IMG/VR virus record: IMGVR_UViG_3300025168_000002
Length of the DNA stretch: 64,000 nt
Direction: 5' to 3' (one strand)
From: an uncultured virus (IMG/VR IMGVR_UViG_3300025168_000002)
Lineage: Duplodnaviria > Heunggongvirae > Uroviricota > Caudoviricetes > Crassvirales
Shown: positions 45,042 through 54,287 of the stretch, one piece after another
Layout of the letters: each line of letters begins with the position of its first letter
Position numbering within the stretch: the stretch's first letter is position 1
Notes under the pieces: model-generated
Told to the model about the DNA's origin: nothing
What the model saw: only the letters and a program-made list of their open reading frames with translations
The model's database searches: none
Translations under genes and position numbers: made by a program

Positions 45042-45962
45042 TTATTTCAGCCATTTACTCTGTCCTCTCATGTTCATTAATAGTCTTCCAGGGTGCATAT
45101 TACTTAATCTTAGTTTTGCGTTTCTCAATAATGATGACTTATCCTTTCTAGCTCTATTAACTACATATTCTTGAATACCATATTTTACATTTAATAATGA
45201 GTACCTTATGTATGCATATATAAATTCTTCAAATAATTTATTAACTTGTATCTTAGAATTATTTCCTTGCTCCATACCATCTGAAACATATTCTAAAACT
45301 ACAGATTGTCCCGCTAAATCTGAAGATAAATATATAACTCCCTCTTGTTTGTTTATTGTAAACGTAGGATTTACATTTGCAGTCTCTGTGTTTAAACCAA
45401 ATCTATCCCCTATTCCATATTCAAAATACCATTCACCATTACAGCAAAATCCTTCCTGCCCGTTGTAAGGCCCAGGCCCTAAATATAAAGCTCTCATTCC
45501 TCCCCCTTGTCTTGATAAATCCACTAAAGAGTTTTCAGGTTTTAACACATTACCATCTAAATCAAATAAAATCTGTGCATTATTGTCTTGCAGATAAGAA
45601 CTACTCCATTGTGTTTGTATGTTTTCAACTAATGGATATAAAACACCATCTCTGTAATACGATATCCTAACATAATTAACATAATCTTGAGGTAAAATAA
45701 ATCTTATTTGCGAGTCTACAGTTAATTGCAATACTTTAATTTCTTTCATCGCATCGTAATTTAACTCTTGTATTCCTCTCTTTGCGTGAAATAAAACTTG
45801 ATACCTTTCTATGTTATTTAATATCTCATTGTTACCTTGATATATTAACATAAAATTAGACACTATATCTTCTAAGCTTACATACTGATATGAACCCCAG
45901 TTCTCATCCTTAGGAGATACTTGATTGTTTTCGTAATATTGATAGTCAGTAATATATGCCAT
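45042..45962 (-). CDS. Tail ring / adaptor protein
   Basis: VLFHAKRGIQELNYD, LPQDYVNYVRIS, VVLEYVSDG, NAKLRLS. Confidence 0.65.
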   Translation of the reverse strand: MAYITDYQYYENNQVSPKDENWGSYQYVSLEDIVSNFMLIYQGNNEILNNIERYQVLFHAKRGIQELNYDAMKEIKVLQLTVDSQIRFILPQDYVNYVRISYYRDGVLYPLVENIQTQWSSSYLQDNNAQILFDLDGNVLKPENSLVDLSRQGGGMRALYLGPGPYNGQEGFCCNGEWYFEYGIGDRFGLNTETANVNPTFTINKQEGVIYLSSDLAGQSVVLEYVSDGMEQGNNSKIQVNKLFEEFIYAYIRYSLLNVKYGIQEYVVNRARKDKSSLLRNAKLRLSNMHPGRLLMNMRGQSKWLK

Positions 45963-45965
45963 TTC

Positions 45966-46952
45966 TTATACTTGTATTTGGTTTTCTTGCACTTCCTCTG
46001 TTGATCCAAAATTATACACTTGTTGCTCTCTAATTTCTATTCCTACATATTGACATATTTTTGCTATCAACCCTGGTTCATCAGACAATGGTAATTCAAA
46101 GTCTTGAAAGTCTGCTGCCGAAGCATCAAATAATGGTTCTCCTTCAACTATTGTAACAAAAGTCCATTTAGGTGCTTTAGGATATCTAACGTATTGTGTT
46201 TTTATAGCACCCGCAGCTTGTATGGTTGTTGGGTAAACCGTAATGGTATTACCGTCTAAAACGTAAGCGGGAAATAATGAAGATGGAGATGTTATTGTAG
46301 AGCTAGTTAAATAAAATAATTTATTTTGACTTACTCTTTCTACCTCAACTATTGTGTTTGCATCAAATATACTATAGTTTTCAGCAGGAGGTACAGTAGC
46401 TGATTGAAATATATCAGTTGCTAAATTTAAAGTAGTAGCGTCTACCACTGAATTAACAAATGATTCAGTTAAAGTACCCGTATTAACAACTAAACTGCCT
46501 GTAAGCGGAAATACTGTAAAGCCAGTAGCTCCAGTATTAAAAGCTGGTGGAGAAGGTTGGCCAACTAAGGCAGCATTTATTAACTGTTTATTATTACTTG
46601 CACTTGTTGTTCCTGATGTAAGAAGTGTAGGGTAATGAAATATTTTATTTATTAAATAATAATCTAACGGTAAGTTCCAAGAATTAGCTCCGTTACCTCC
46701 AATTAAAAAAGCTTGTACTGAAAAAGAATCTATTACCTCAACTAATCCTTTAGTTATATCAGCGTACCCCGTTCCCGAAAGTCTTTGGTTTTCTCTATTT
46801 ATATATTGATTGTACTGATAAAAGTAATCCTCAAATAAGTCCATTTGTGCTTGTTGAGCATACAAATTGAAGTCTTGAGGAGATAAGTACCCGTAATTAT
46901 TTTTATTTATAATTGCCAATACTGTATTCCTAACATTATTAATCATAGCCAT
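45966..46952 (-). CDS. Head-tail adaptor / ring protein
   Basis: INNVRNTVLAIINKNNYGYLSPQDFNLYAQQAQ...YVRYPKAPKW...DFELP. Confidence 0.65.
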   Translation of the reverse strand: MAMINNVRNTVLAIINKNNYGYLSPQDFNLYAQQAQMDLFEDYFYQYNQYINRENQRLSGTGYADITKGLVEVIDSFSVQAFLIGGNGANSWNLPLDYYLINKIFHYPTLLTSGTTSASNNKQLINAALVGQPSPPAFNTGATGFTVFPLTGSLVVNTGTLTESFVNSVVDATTLNLATDIFQSATVPPAENYSIFDANTIVEVERVSQNKLFYLTSSTITSPSSLFPAYVLDGNTITVYPTTIQAAGAIKTQYVRYPKAPKWTFVTIVEGEPLFDASAADFQDFELPLSDEPGLIAKICQYVGIEIREQQVYNFGSTEEVQENQIQV

Positions 46953-46985
46953 AGAAAATACATTTTAAATATCTACAAATATAAG

Positions 46986-47020
46986 AAAAAAAAAGAGGTT
47001 ACTTTTTTTAGTAACCTCTT
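46986..47020 (-). terminator. Intrinsic terminator
   Basis: Perfect 11-bp stem AAGAGGTTACT/AGTAACCTCTT with an A-run on the plus strand; followed at once by promoter 46976-46983. Confidence 0.85.
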
Positions 47021-47040
47021 AAGAATTGTTGTAAAAACTA

Positions 47041-47994
47041 TTAAGCTGCTGTTACGCTTTCTACTGTTATAACCGCGTTTTCAAATATCGGCATTTGTAC
47101 TCTTGCAGTAGAAGGGCCAGGAGGTTCAGGCATATCAACACCTATATATCCTCTCTTCATAGCATTTTGTATTGCAATAGCAACAGCACGTCCAGTTCCT
47201 TGATCTGAATGGTCTATTGTAACTTCATCATTATTAACTGTGTTTAACTGAATTATAGTTTGTTCTGCTCCAGCTCTGTCAGCTAAAACTATCTGATCCA
47301 TTTGAATTAAATATGTTGAAGCTACAGTTGAGTCAAAAATATTATATGCGTCTCCAAGAGCACCTACTGTAGAGCTGCATCTAAATCTATTTTTATCTAT
47401 AATTACAGTAACTATTTCACTAAAGTTTTGTGTAGTGTTTTCATATACATCACCAATAGATAAAGTAGTTAAAAAAGACTGTCCATTACTATAAACTTCA
47501 TTTGAAGGAGCTGAAATTGTAAAATTATCATTAAACAAGGTTGAGCTGTTAAAAATATCAGCCGTTAATGTTAATGATGTTTCGTTAATTAAAGCAGCTA
47601 CAGTAGTTGTCGTAGAAGCTGTTGTGTTTGTTACAGTATCTCCAACTCTAACTTTACGAGCTGTAAATGTTGATCCTACAGCATTTAATTGATTTAATTT
47701 ACGAACAGCAAAAGTTTCTCCACCTGCATTAAATAAATTTGTTGCAAAAGTTAACTTATTTGTTGCTACTGCCGTACAAGCTGCTTGCGTTGACGCAGTA
47801 ATATTATAAGCTATATCTCCAACAACCACTCCTAAAGCAACAAAGTCTACCGCTGCATCATTTAACTCATTAGTTGCAGCCCCTGCATTTGTTCCTGAGG
47901 CTATTCCTGCCGAAGCGGCTGATGGTATTACTAAATCAAGTGTACCAGAAGATACAACTGTGTTAATTGGAATTTCTAAGTATTTCGCTCTCAT
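47041..47994 (-). CDS. Virion structural (capsid decoration-like) protein
   Basis: Three GDxxxN modules inside a frame resembling the 47999 ORF; in the capsid gene block. Confidence 0.55.
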   Translation of the reverse strand: MRAKYLEIPINTVVSSGTLDLVIPSAASAGIASGTNAGAATNELNDAAVDFVALGVVVGDIAYNITASTQAACTAVATNKLTFATNLFNAGGETFAVRKLNQLNAVGSTFTARKVRVGDTVTNTTASTTTTVAALINETSLTLTADIFNSSTLFNDNFTISAPSNEVYSNGQSFLTTLSIGDVYENTTQNFSEIVTVIIDKNRFRCSSTVGALGDAYNIFDSTVASTYLIQMDQIVLADRAGAEQTIIQLNTVNNDEVTIDHSDQGTGRAVAIAIQNAMKRGYIGVDMPEPPGPSTARVQMPIFENAVITVESVTAA

Positions 47995-47998
47995 AAGA

Positions 47999-48277
47999 TT
48001 ATGCGTTTACTATAGAAGTTACAGCCTTTGGTAGAATTAGCTCAAAGTATGGAGAAGTCCATCCTGTTGATAATGCTGTTTCTATTGAGTTTACTATATC
48101 TAAATATACATCTGAATCTAATTGAGCTGCTGTAGTAATAGTTGTAGTCGTTCCATCAACGTAATCTATTGTTACAAGAGCCGCTGTAGCAGTTTGTGTA
48201 GCTACGGCTTTTATACCGTTACAGCTAATTAATTGACCTGTAAAAGGTGCGTTTGTTATTTTTAAGAATTTTGTCAT
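47999..48277 (-). CDS. Small virion structural protein
   Basis: 92 aa, T/A-rich; promoter at 48310-48317. Confidence 0.55.
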   Translation of the reverse strand: MTKFLKITNAPFTGQLISCNGIKAVATQTATAALVTIDYVDGTTTTITTAAQLDSDVYLDIVNSIETALSTGWTSPYFELILPKAVTSIVNA

Positions 48278-48323
48278 TTTATAAAAAGGTTTTAATGATT
48301 ATTAATTAACAAAGATAATGAAT

Positions 48324-49079
48324 CTATTTATCTTTATTTAAAGCCTTTTTAAGCAGCTTATATGTTTCAATACCTTCATCAGATTGCATATATGAGGCTA
48401 CTATATAATATGCTTCTTCTCCATAAGGAACAGTAAGCAATTTGCTTTTATTCTTTTTTAAAGAAAAATAAACATCCTTTTTGTTATTTTGAAAAGCTAA
48501 CAGTCCATTGTCAAAAAATTGTGCTACTACATTAGTAAGCTCTAACATTGGATCGTTTAAAACCTCCATAAATTCGTAAGGCTCATGTTTTGCAAAAAGC
48601 AATACATCTCTTTTTAATTCTGGTATAGACATTTTGTCCACTGCAACCCCTAAAAACACCCTACACACACTTATTAATTTTTCAGTATCTAATCCTCTAG
48701 CTAATACTTGTGCATCTAACTCTAGTTCAACACTTTCTAATTCTTGAGCCGCATCTCTTTGAGTATTTATTTCTACAAATGTAGACCCGTTCCCTGGATG
48801 ATAAGATAAAAACTTTTGTAGCACTTGATTTTCTTTACTAACAGCTAACATTCCGTCTTCAAAAACGATAGGTTCTAATATAGCATTACCATCTTGCTCA
48901 TCTTCAAAAGGAGATTTTTGATTTCTTGCGTAACGCAAAGGTCTGTTTAAACCTTGATCTTCGTCAAAATACATTAATGGTGATCTTCTGTGGTGTCTTG
49001 ACGCTAACATAAAAGATAAAGGAGATCTTTCTCCTGTTAACTTATACGATTTATTTACTAATTTTTTTACTTTGTTCAT
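48324..49079 (-). CDS. Conserved hypothetical protein downstream of the capsid gene
   Basis: RPLRYARNQKSPFEDEQ...IVFEDGML...LQKFLSYHP. Confidence 0.7.
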   Translation of the reverse strand: MNKVKKLVNKSYKLTGERSPLSFMLASRHHRRSPLMYFDEDQGLNRPLRYARNQKSPFEDEQDGNAILEPIVFEDGMLAVSKENQVLQKFLSYHPGNGSTFVEINTQRDAAQELESVELELDAQVLARGLDTEKLISVCRVFLGVAVDKMSIPELKRDVLLFAKHEPYEFMEVLNDPMLELTNVVAQFFDNGLLAFQNNKKDVYFSLKKNKSKLLTVPYGEEAYYIVASYMQSDEGIETYKLLKKALNKDK

Positions 49080-49107
49080 TTTATTTAATTTTAAGTTTAT
49101 TTAATTT

Positions 49108-49136
49108 AAAAAAAAGGGAGGAGTTACCCTCCCTTT
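49108..49136 (-). terminator. Intrinsic terminator after the major capsid gene
   Basis: AAAGGGAGG/CCTCCCTTT stem with a preceding A-run. Confidence 0.85.
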
Positions 49137-49155
49137 CTAGTTTACTACCACCTAC

Positions 49156-50628
49156 TTACTGTTGGAATATAAAGAAGTTATTCGCTCCTAAAGTACACAC
49201 AGCTCTTTCAGACAAGAAGTTTACAGTCATACTATCCGTAGTATTTGTTCTTGCACCACCAGCAGAACCAGTAATCCAAGTTTTGTAACGTCTGTCTTCT
49301 GATTCAGAAGCTCTGTATCTTACATGAAGGAAAGGTCTCTTTGCGTTCTTACCTAAGATTTGGTCATATACAGTAGTTGATCCAGCTGGAACCATAAGCC
49401 CATTTACTGCACCACCTTCTAAACCTCCTCTCATTGTAGGATCATTTAGGTATTTCCAGTCAGACTTATAGAAGTCATAACCTCTTCTAAATCCTGTGAA
49501 ACCTAAATTAAGAGCCATTTCTTTATCATTATCAAATAAACCGTATGAAGTACCACCTGCTCCGTAAGAGTTTTGTGCTGCTAACATATCATCTATATCA
49601 AATGAGAAATTTCTATTAACGAATAATACATTTTCTTCAATAGATCCTTGTCTGTCTAATCTCTGAATAACTGAGTCAAAACCTGCTAAAGTAACTGGGT
49701 TACCTCCACTCCAGATGTTTCCTCTGTTTTGCACAGAAAAGAAAATTCCATCAGAACCAGAGCCATTTGCTACACCAAGTCCAGAACCTACTACTTGACC
49801 TTGTAAGAAATCTGCCGCACCAGAAGCCGCACCTGCTGGAACTGCTTCCACCATAGCTGTTTCTAGGTAATCTTCAAAACGTAGTCTTGTTTCATGCTCT
49901 GATTTTAGGTACCATAAGTATCCATTAGCTCCATTCTCAGTAGTAACTTCTATCCACCCGATTTGAGCCATATCAGAACCATTAACAGTATACTGGTCTT
50001 TTATAATAATTGGTTTGTTATCAAATATTAGATCTTGAGATTCTAAAGATCCAGCCATTCCTGGCGTTCCTTTTCTAAATTCAGATCCGTAAATAAACAT
50101 TGTAGCTGTAGTTCCTACTCCAGTCCATGCTTGTCCAGCTGTCTCATAATAGGCTACTGTGAATGTACCTGGAGCTGCTGCTGTTGGAGCTGCTGTTACG
50201 ATTGCTTTATTAGATAATGTTGTTCCATTAGTATCAAGAGAAATCATTATCGTTTGACCTACTCTAATTGCACCAAAACCATTTGCTGGTGCTGATGATG
50301 TAGGAGGGGTACTTGTTAATTGACCAGCTGGAATAACCCAAGTGGCTGCGTCAACACCAGCTATAGATCCTGTTGTCATAGCTGTATATTTAGTGTGTAA
50401 CCTTCCTTGTTCTGCCCACTTAATCATATCTGAGTTAGTTGGCATTTCAGCACCTACCATTCTTAAGAATGAAGCTACTGATCTATTTCCATAACGCTCA
50501 AATTCTTTTTCATAAGTATCTGGTAAATACTGATTTAGAAAATCAAAGTTAGTTATGTAGTTTGTTGGTTGGGCAACTTGCTGAGCACTTGGCTGCAAAT
50601 TAAACCCAGGGACTGCGTTTACTGGCAT
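49156..50628 (-). CDS. Major capsid protein
   Basis: 490 aa after portal and scaffold, followed by a strong terminator; QYLPDTYEKEFERYGNR, IKWAEQGRLH, LNLGFTGFRRGYDFYK. Confidence 0.85.
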   Translation of the reverse strand: MPVNAVPGFNLQPSAQQVAQPTNYITNFDFLNQYLPDTYEKEFERYGNRSVASFLRMVGAEMPTNSDMIKWAEQGRLHTKYTAMTTGSIAGVDAATWVIPAGQLTSTPPTSSAPANGFGAIRVGQTIMISLDTNGTTLSNKAIVTAAPTAAAPGTFTVAYYETAGQAWTGVGTTATMFIYGSEFRKGTPGMAGSLESQDLIFDNKPIIIKDQYTVNGSDMAQIGWIEVTTENGANGYLWYLKSEHETRLRFEDYLETAMVEAVPAGAASGAADFLQGQVVGSGLGVANGSGSDGIFFSVQNRGNIWSGGNPVTLAGFDSVIQRLDRQGSIEENVLFVNRNFSFDIDDMLAAQNSYGAGGTSYGLFDNDKEMALNLGFTGFRRGYDFYKSDWKYLNDPTMRGGLEGGAVNGLMVPAGSTTVYDQILGKNAKRPFLHVRYRASESEDRRYKTWITGSAGGARTNTTDSMTVNFLSERAVCTLGANNFFIFQQ

Positions 50629-50649
50629 CTTTTTTTATGTTTTAATTGT

Positions 50650-51795
50650 TTATAATTTTTTTAAACTTCTAATTTTTAGTCCTCTACCACTGTCATTAAA
50701 GTTTGAGCCTAACGCTCTTATCTTTGATCCGTCTTTCATAACGCTTTGTTGAGATTGTCTTATATCCATATTAATGTTTTTAGATTTTTTAGAAACATTA
50801 TCTACGGTATCAGACACTCCTTGGTCATAAAAAAACTTAGCATACTTTTCTGGATTCATCGCCATTGATAAAGCCTTATGATAACCATTAACATCAGTAA
50901 TCATTCCATCTTTATCCATGTAATTACTCAAAAAATTATTAACATCAGACTGCTTGCTTTTTAATTCTTGAGAATCTCCAGGCTTAAAAGTAAAATTCTT
51001 TTCTCCTACATTGAACTCAAAACCTTTGAACTCACTGCCAAAAACCTCATCAGTTTTCTTGAGAAACCAATCATACTTTTTTTGGTTTGCTTCTTTAACA
51101 GTTTTAGACTCCTGTATGTAACTTTTATAAGCACTTAAACTTTCTTTGTCAGATTCAGATAACCCACTCCCACTTGACTCAAGAGGAATTTTAAATTTAT
51201 CTTTTTGAACAACGAAATATTTTTTCGCTTTTGCAAGTTCTCTTTTTTTAGCTAATTTTAATTTCTTAATATCTTTTGGATCATCTTCTTCCTCATCGTA
51301 AGAAAATTTATCCTCCATCAAATCTTGAATATCTATAGCGTCTAAACCTTCTTCGGTTTCACCATAATAACTAGCTAATAACTCATCAGAGTCCATGGTA
51401 TCAAAGTCTCTTTGTAATTTATAAAAGTCTTCAATACCACGCCCTGTATCCTGTTTATATTTTAGATATGCCGAAACATCTTCAGGTAATTCGTCATTGT
51501 CTTTTGTTTGCGTAAACAAATCATCTACTGAAGAGATATCTTTATCATATCTATTTTTTATATATTTAAGAACGTCTTCGTCATTTAACTCTGACGAGGG
51601 AGTTTCTTCCGTTACAGCTGACTCGGACTGATCCTCATCTTCTGTGTTTTCCTTTTCCGTTGTTTGTACTTCTGCTACAGGATTAGAAACATTTTCTTGT
51701 TGTTCTTGCTTTTCTTCATGCTTATCTAAAAGTTCTTGCTCTATCTCCTGTCTTGATTTTTCTTCTTTTGTAACTTCTTTTACTGTAATTTCCAT
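50650..51795 (-). CDS. Scaffolding protein
   Basis: Very acidic coiled coil between portal and capsid genes; basic C-terminal tip. Confidence 0.7.
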   Translation of the reverse strand: MEITVKEVTKEEKSRQEIEQELLDKHEEKQEQQENVSNPVAEVQTTEKENTEDEDQSESAVTEETPSSELNDEDVLKYIKNRYDKDISSVDDLFTQTKDNDELPEDVSAYLKYKQDTGRGIEDFYKLQRDFDTMDSDELLASYYGETEEGLDAIDIQDLMEDKFSYDEEEDDPKDIKKLKLAKKRELAKAKKYFVVQKDKFKIPLESSGSGLSESDKESLSAYKSYIQESKTVKEANQKKYDWFLKKTDEVFGSEFKGFEFNVGEKNFTFKPGDSQELKSKQSDVNNFLSNYMDKDGMITDVNGYHKALSMAMNPEKYAKFFYDQGVSDTVDNVSKKSKNINMDIRQSQQSVMKDGSKIRALGSNFNDSGRGLKIRSLKKL

Positions 51796-51848
51796 TTTAT
51801 TTTATTTAATTTATACAAAGTTAATACTTATTTATTTAATTTTTTAGA

Positions 51849-54287
51849 CTATCTTGGGTTGAACTCAGCCATATCAAAGCCATCTAAACTATCTTCATTA
51901 GACTCAAAATTTATTGGAGGTAAATTGTTTTTTCTTTGCGTAATTAATTGAGACTGTTCAGAAGATTGTTGACTTACCCTTTTGTCTTTAGCTTTTTCTC
52001 TCGCTTGCTCTCTATTACTTAAGGCTTGCTCTTCCCCTCCTCTTAATTGAATAGCAAATTGAAACTCTGTCATCATTAGCTGTTCTTTTAGTGCAGCTTC
52101 GTTTTTAAGTTTTTCTATTTCAAAACCAACAGTGGCTTGTGCAACTTGCATTTTAGATTGTGTTTCTGCTTGAATTTTAGCCATTTGTATTTGAGCCTCA
52201 GCTTGTTGTGCTTGCATATTATTTTGTTGTTGCATTTGCATCTGCTCTGCTTGTTGTTGTTGCTCCTGTTTTTGTTTTTGCTTTCTTTTAACTTTGAGTA
52301 ATTGGTTAGCCATCTTGATATTTTTAATTTCTCTAATATCAATAGCATCCTCTAGGTCTATACCACCTTTAGACAAAGCCATCTGTATATTTTGCTCCAA
52401 CATAGCTTTTTGTTCTTCATCAGGAGACATTTCAATAAATATACCAAAGTCATATAAATATAAATTCTTTATATCGTCTAATATACCTACGTTATACTTT
52501 CCTATTTGCATAGCAAACTCGTCAGCAAAATCAGAGTATTCTAAGACATCTGCCGTTCTTATTGACAAAGCTTCTGATAAAGTTTGTGTAAGGTATAAAC
52601 TAGCTTCTAGTATATGCCTAGTTGCTGTATTAGAATTTAAAGCTGCTAATTTTTGAACACCAACTAAAGCGTTTGCGTCAGGAGTTGATCCATCTCTAGC
52701 CTCATTTAGCCCTGTTACTTGCCTTATCATATCTAAGTAATGATTGTAGTTCCCTATTAACATTTGCATTTTCTGACCCCCACTAGAAGATGTAAGTTGT
52801 GTTATTGGAACTCTTGCTTGATTAAATTCTCCGTCTTGAGTATAACTTCTTCCTACTACACTACCAGTTTGAAAATATAATCTTAAAGCGTCTTCTGGGG
52901 AATAAGCATTTCCAGAACCTAAATCTACATCATTCATTCCGTCTGCGTCTATAAATACACCATCTGGAACTACTTTAGAAATAACTTGTTGTAACTTTAA
53001 GTGTGTCATTTGAATTAAATCAGCAAAAGGAATCATTCTTCTAACTAAAGACTCTATATTACCCTTATACATTCTTGGTGCTGTTGCTACATAATTAGGC
53101 ATAGCGTATTGACTTGCCGACTGAGGACGCACCATGTTTTTTGATAACTCCCACTTTATCAACAAGTTAGTACCCATAACCATAACCCCGTCATACCATA
53201 CGTCAATTCTTTTTTCTACTCTTTCAAAATTACCTTCTTCCATCATTTCTTCAGGCGGATTGAACTGATCGTCTTTAGGAACTGTAGTAAAGTTACCTTC
53301 AGCAGTTTGTTTTTTCTTATATACAAAACTATTAGTAGACTTGTAATTAAAATACATTAAAGTACAGGTGTCTTTTCTAAACATACTGTTTTCGTACATT
53401 TGAGATACGTTATAATACTGATACCAGGCTTGACTATATTTTGAGATTTCTTCTAAGTCTTCATTAGTTAAATCTGGTTTTATTTTTAAAACTTCCCCAA
53501 TAGGAATCGTTTTAATTTCTCCCCAATAAAAACAATCTTTAAAATAAGGATCTTCAGTGTAACTATAAACAACATTAGCTGGATCTACATATTTTACATC
53601 AATACCATCTCCTAAAAGAAAATCATGCTTTACCATAGAAACCCCTATAGTCATTAAATCCATATCATTTCTTTTACGAATTTGATTATAATGGTTTTCA
53701 TCTAATAAAGTGTTGATTGCACATTCATTAGCAATTTCTACAGCAGGCTTGTAATTCATCTGCATATAAAGCTCCATTTCTAAATCTGTTTCTGGTAACG
53801 TTTCAGGATCTACTTGAAAAACTCCTACATCAAAATCTTTTTCTATTTGTTTAAATAAAGGTTTTGCTATAACATTCGTTTCAATCATTTGCTGAAACTT
53901 ACCTCTTTTTTCTGAAGACATAGCGTCTTGTGCGTATGTTTTAACAGAAAACAATCTATCTGACATTCCATTAACAACTATATCTACAAACTTAGGAATA
54001 ATAGGAACTGGAGTCCAGTCTAAATTTAAATAAGACAAGTCTCCATCAACTGATAATTCGTTTTTATATTTAGCTATAGATTGTTCTCCTCTAGCGTATA
54101 ATCTTAAACGATTGAACTCTAACCATTGACTGTAAAACCTACATTGACTCCCGCCTCCTTTTCTAAACCATTCGTATTGAATAGCCTGACCTACTCGTAA
54201 ACCAAACTCTTTTGTTTTTTTCTCAGAATCTGATACAAATTGATCTGGAAAAGCAGCAGATTTTATATCTATTGTTATTCCTTTCAT
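51849..54287 (-). CDS. Portal protein
   Basis: 812 aa directly after terminase; LRLYARGEQ, LDWTPVPIIPKFVDIVVNG, TGLNEARDG, Q-rich C-terminal coiled coil. Confidence 0.85.
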   Translation of the reverse strand: MKGITIDIKSAAFPDQFVSDSEKKTKEFGLRVGQAIQYEWFRKGGGSQCRFYSQWLEFNRLRLYARGEQSIAKYKNELSVDGDLSYLNLDWTPVPIIPKFVDIVVNGMSDRLFSVKTYAQDAMSSEKRGKFQQMIETNVIAKPLFKQIEKDFDVGVFQVDPETLPETDLEMELYMQMNYKPAVEIANECAINTLLDENHYNQIRKRNDMDLMTIGVSMVKHDFLLGDGIDVKYVDPANVVYSYTEDPYFKDCFYWGEIKTIPIGEVLKIKPDLTNEDLEEISKYSQAWYQYYNVSQMYENSMFRKDTCTLMYFNYKSTNSFVYKKKQTAEGNFTTVPKDDQFNPPEEMMEEGNFERVEKRIDVWYDGVMVMGTNLLIKWELSKNMVRPQSASQYAMPNYVATAPRMYKGNIESLVRRMIPFADLIQMTHLKLQQVISKVVPDGVFIDADGMNDVDLGSGNAYSPEDALRLYFQTGSVVGRSYTQDGEFNQARVPITQLTSSSGGQKMQMLIGNYNHYLDMIRQVTGLNEARDGSTPDANALVGVQKLAALNSNTATRHILEASLYLTQTLSEALSIRTADVLEYSDFADEFAMQIGKYNVGILDDIKNLYLYDFGIFIEMSPDEEQKAMLEQNIQMALSKGGIDLEDAIDIREIKNIKMANQLLKVKRKQKQKQEQQQQAEQMQMQQQNNMQAQQAEAQIQMAKIQAETQSKMQVAQATVGFEIEKLKNEAALKEQLMMTEFQFAIQLRGGEEQALSNREQAREKAKDKRVSQQSSEQSQLITQRKNNLPPINFESNEDSLDGFDMAEFNPR

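Noticed and set aside
51578..51597. TCGTCA/TGACGA hairpin and GC-rich patch in the scaffold gene as another recoding site
   Set aside because: Short stem, no adjacent slippery heptamer, and the +1-frame ATG closes after 8 codons.
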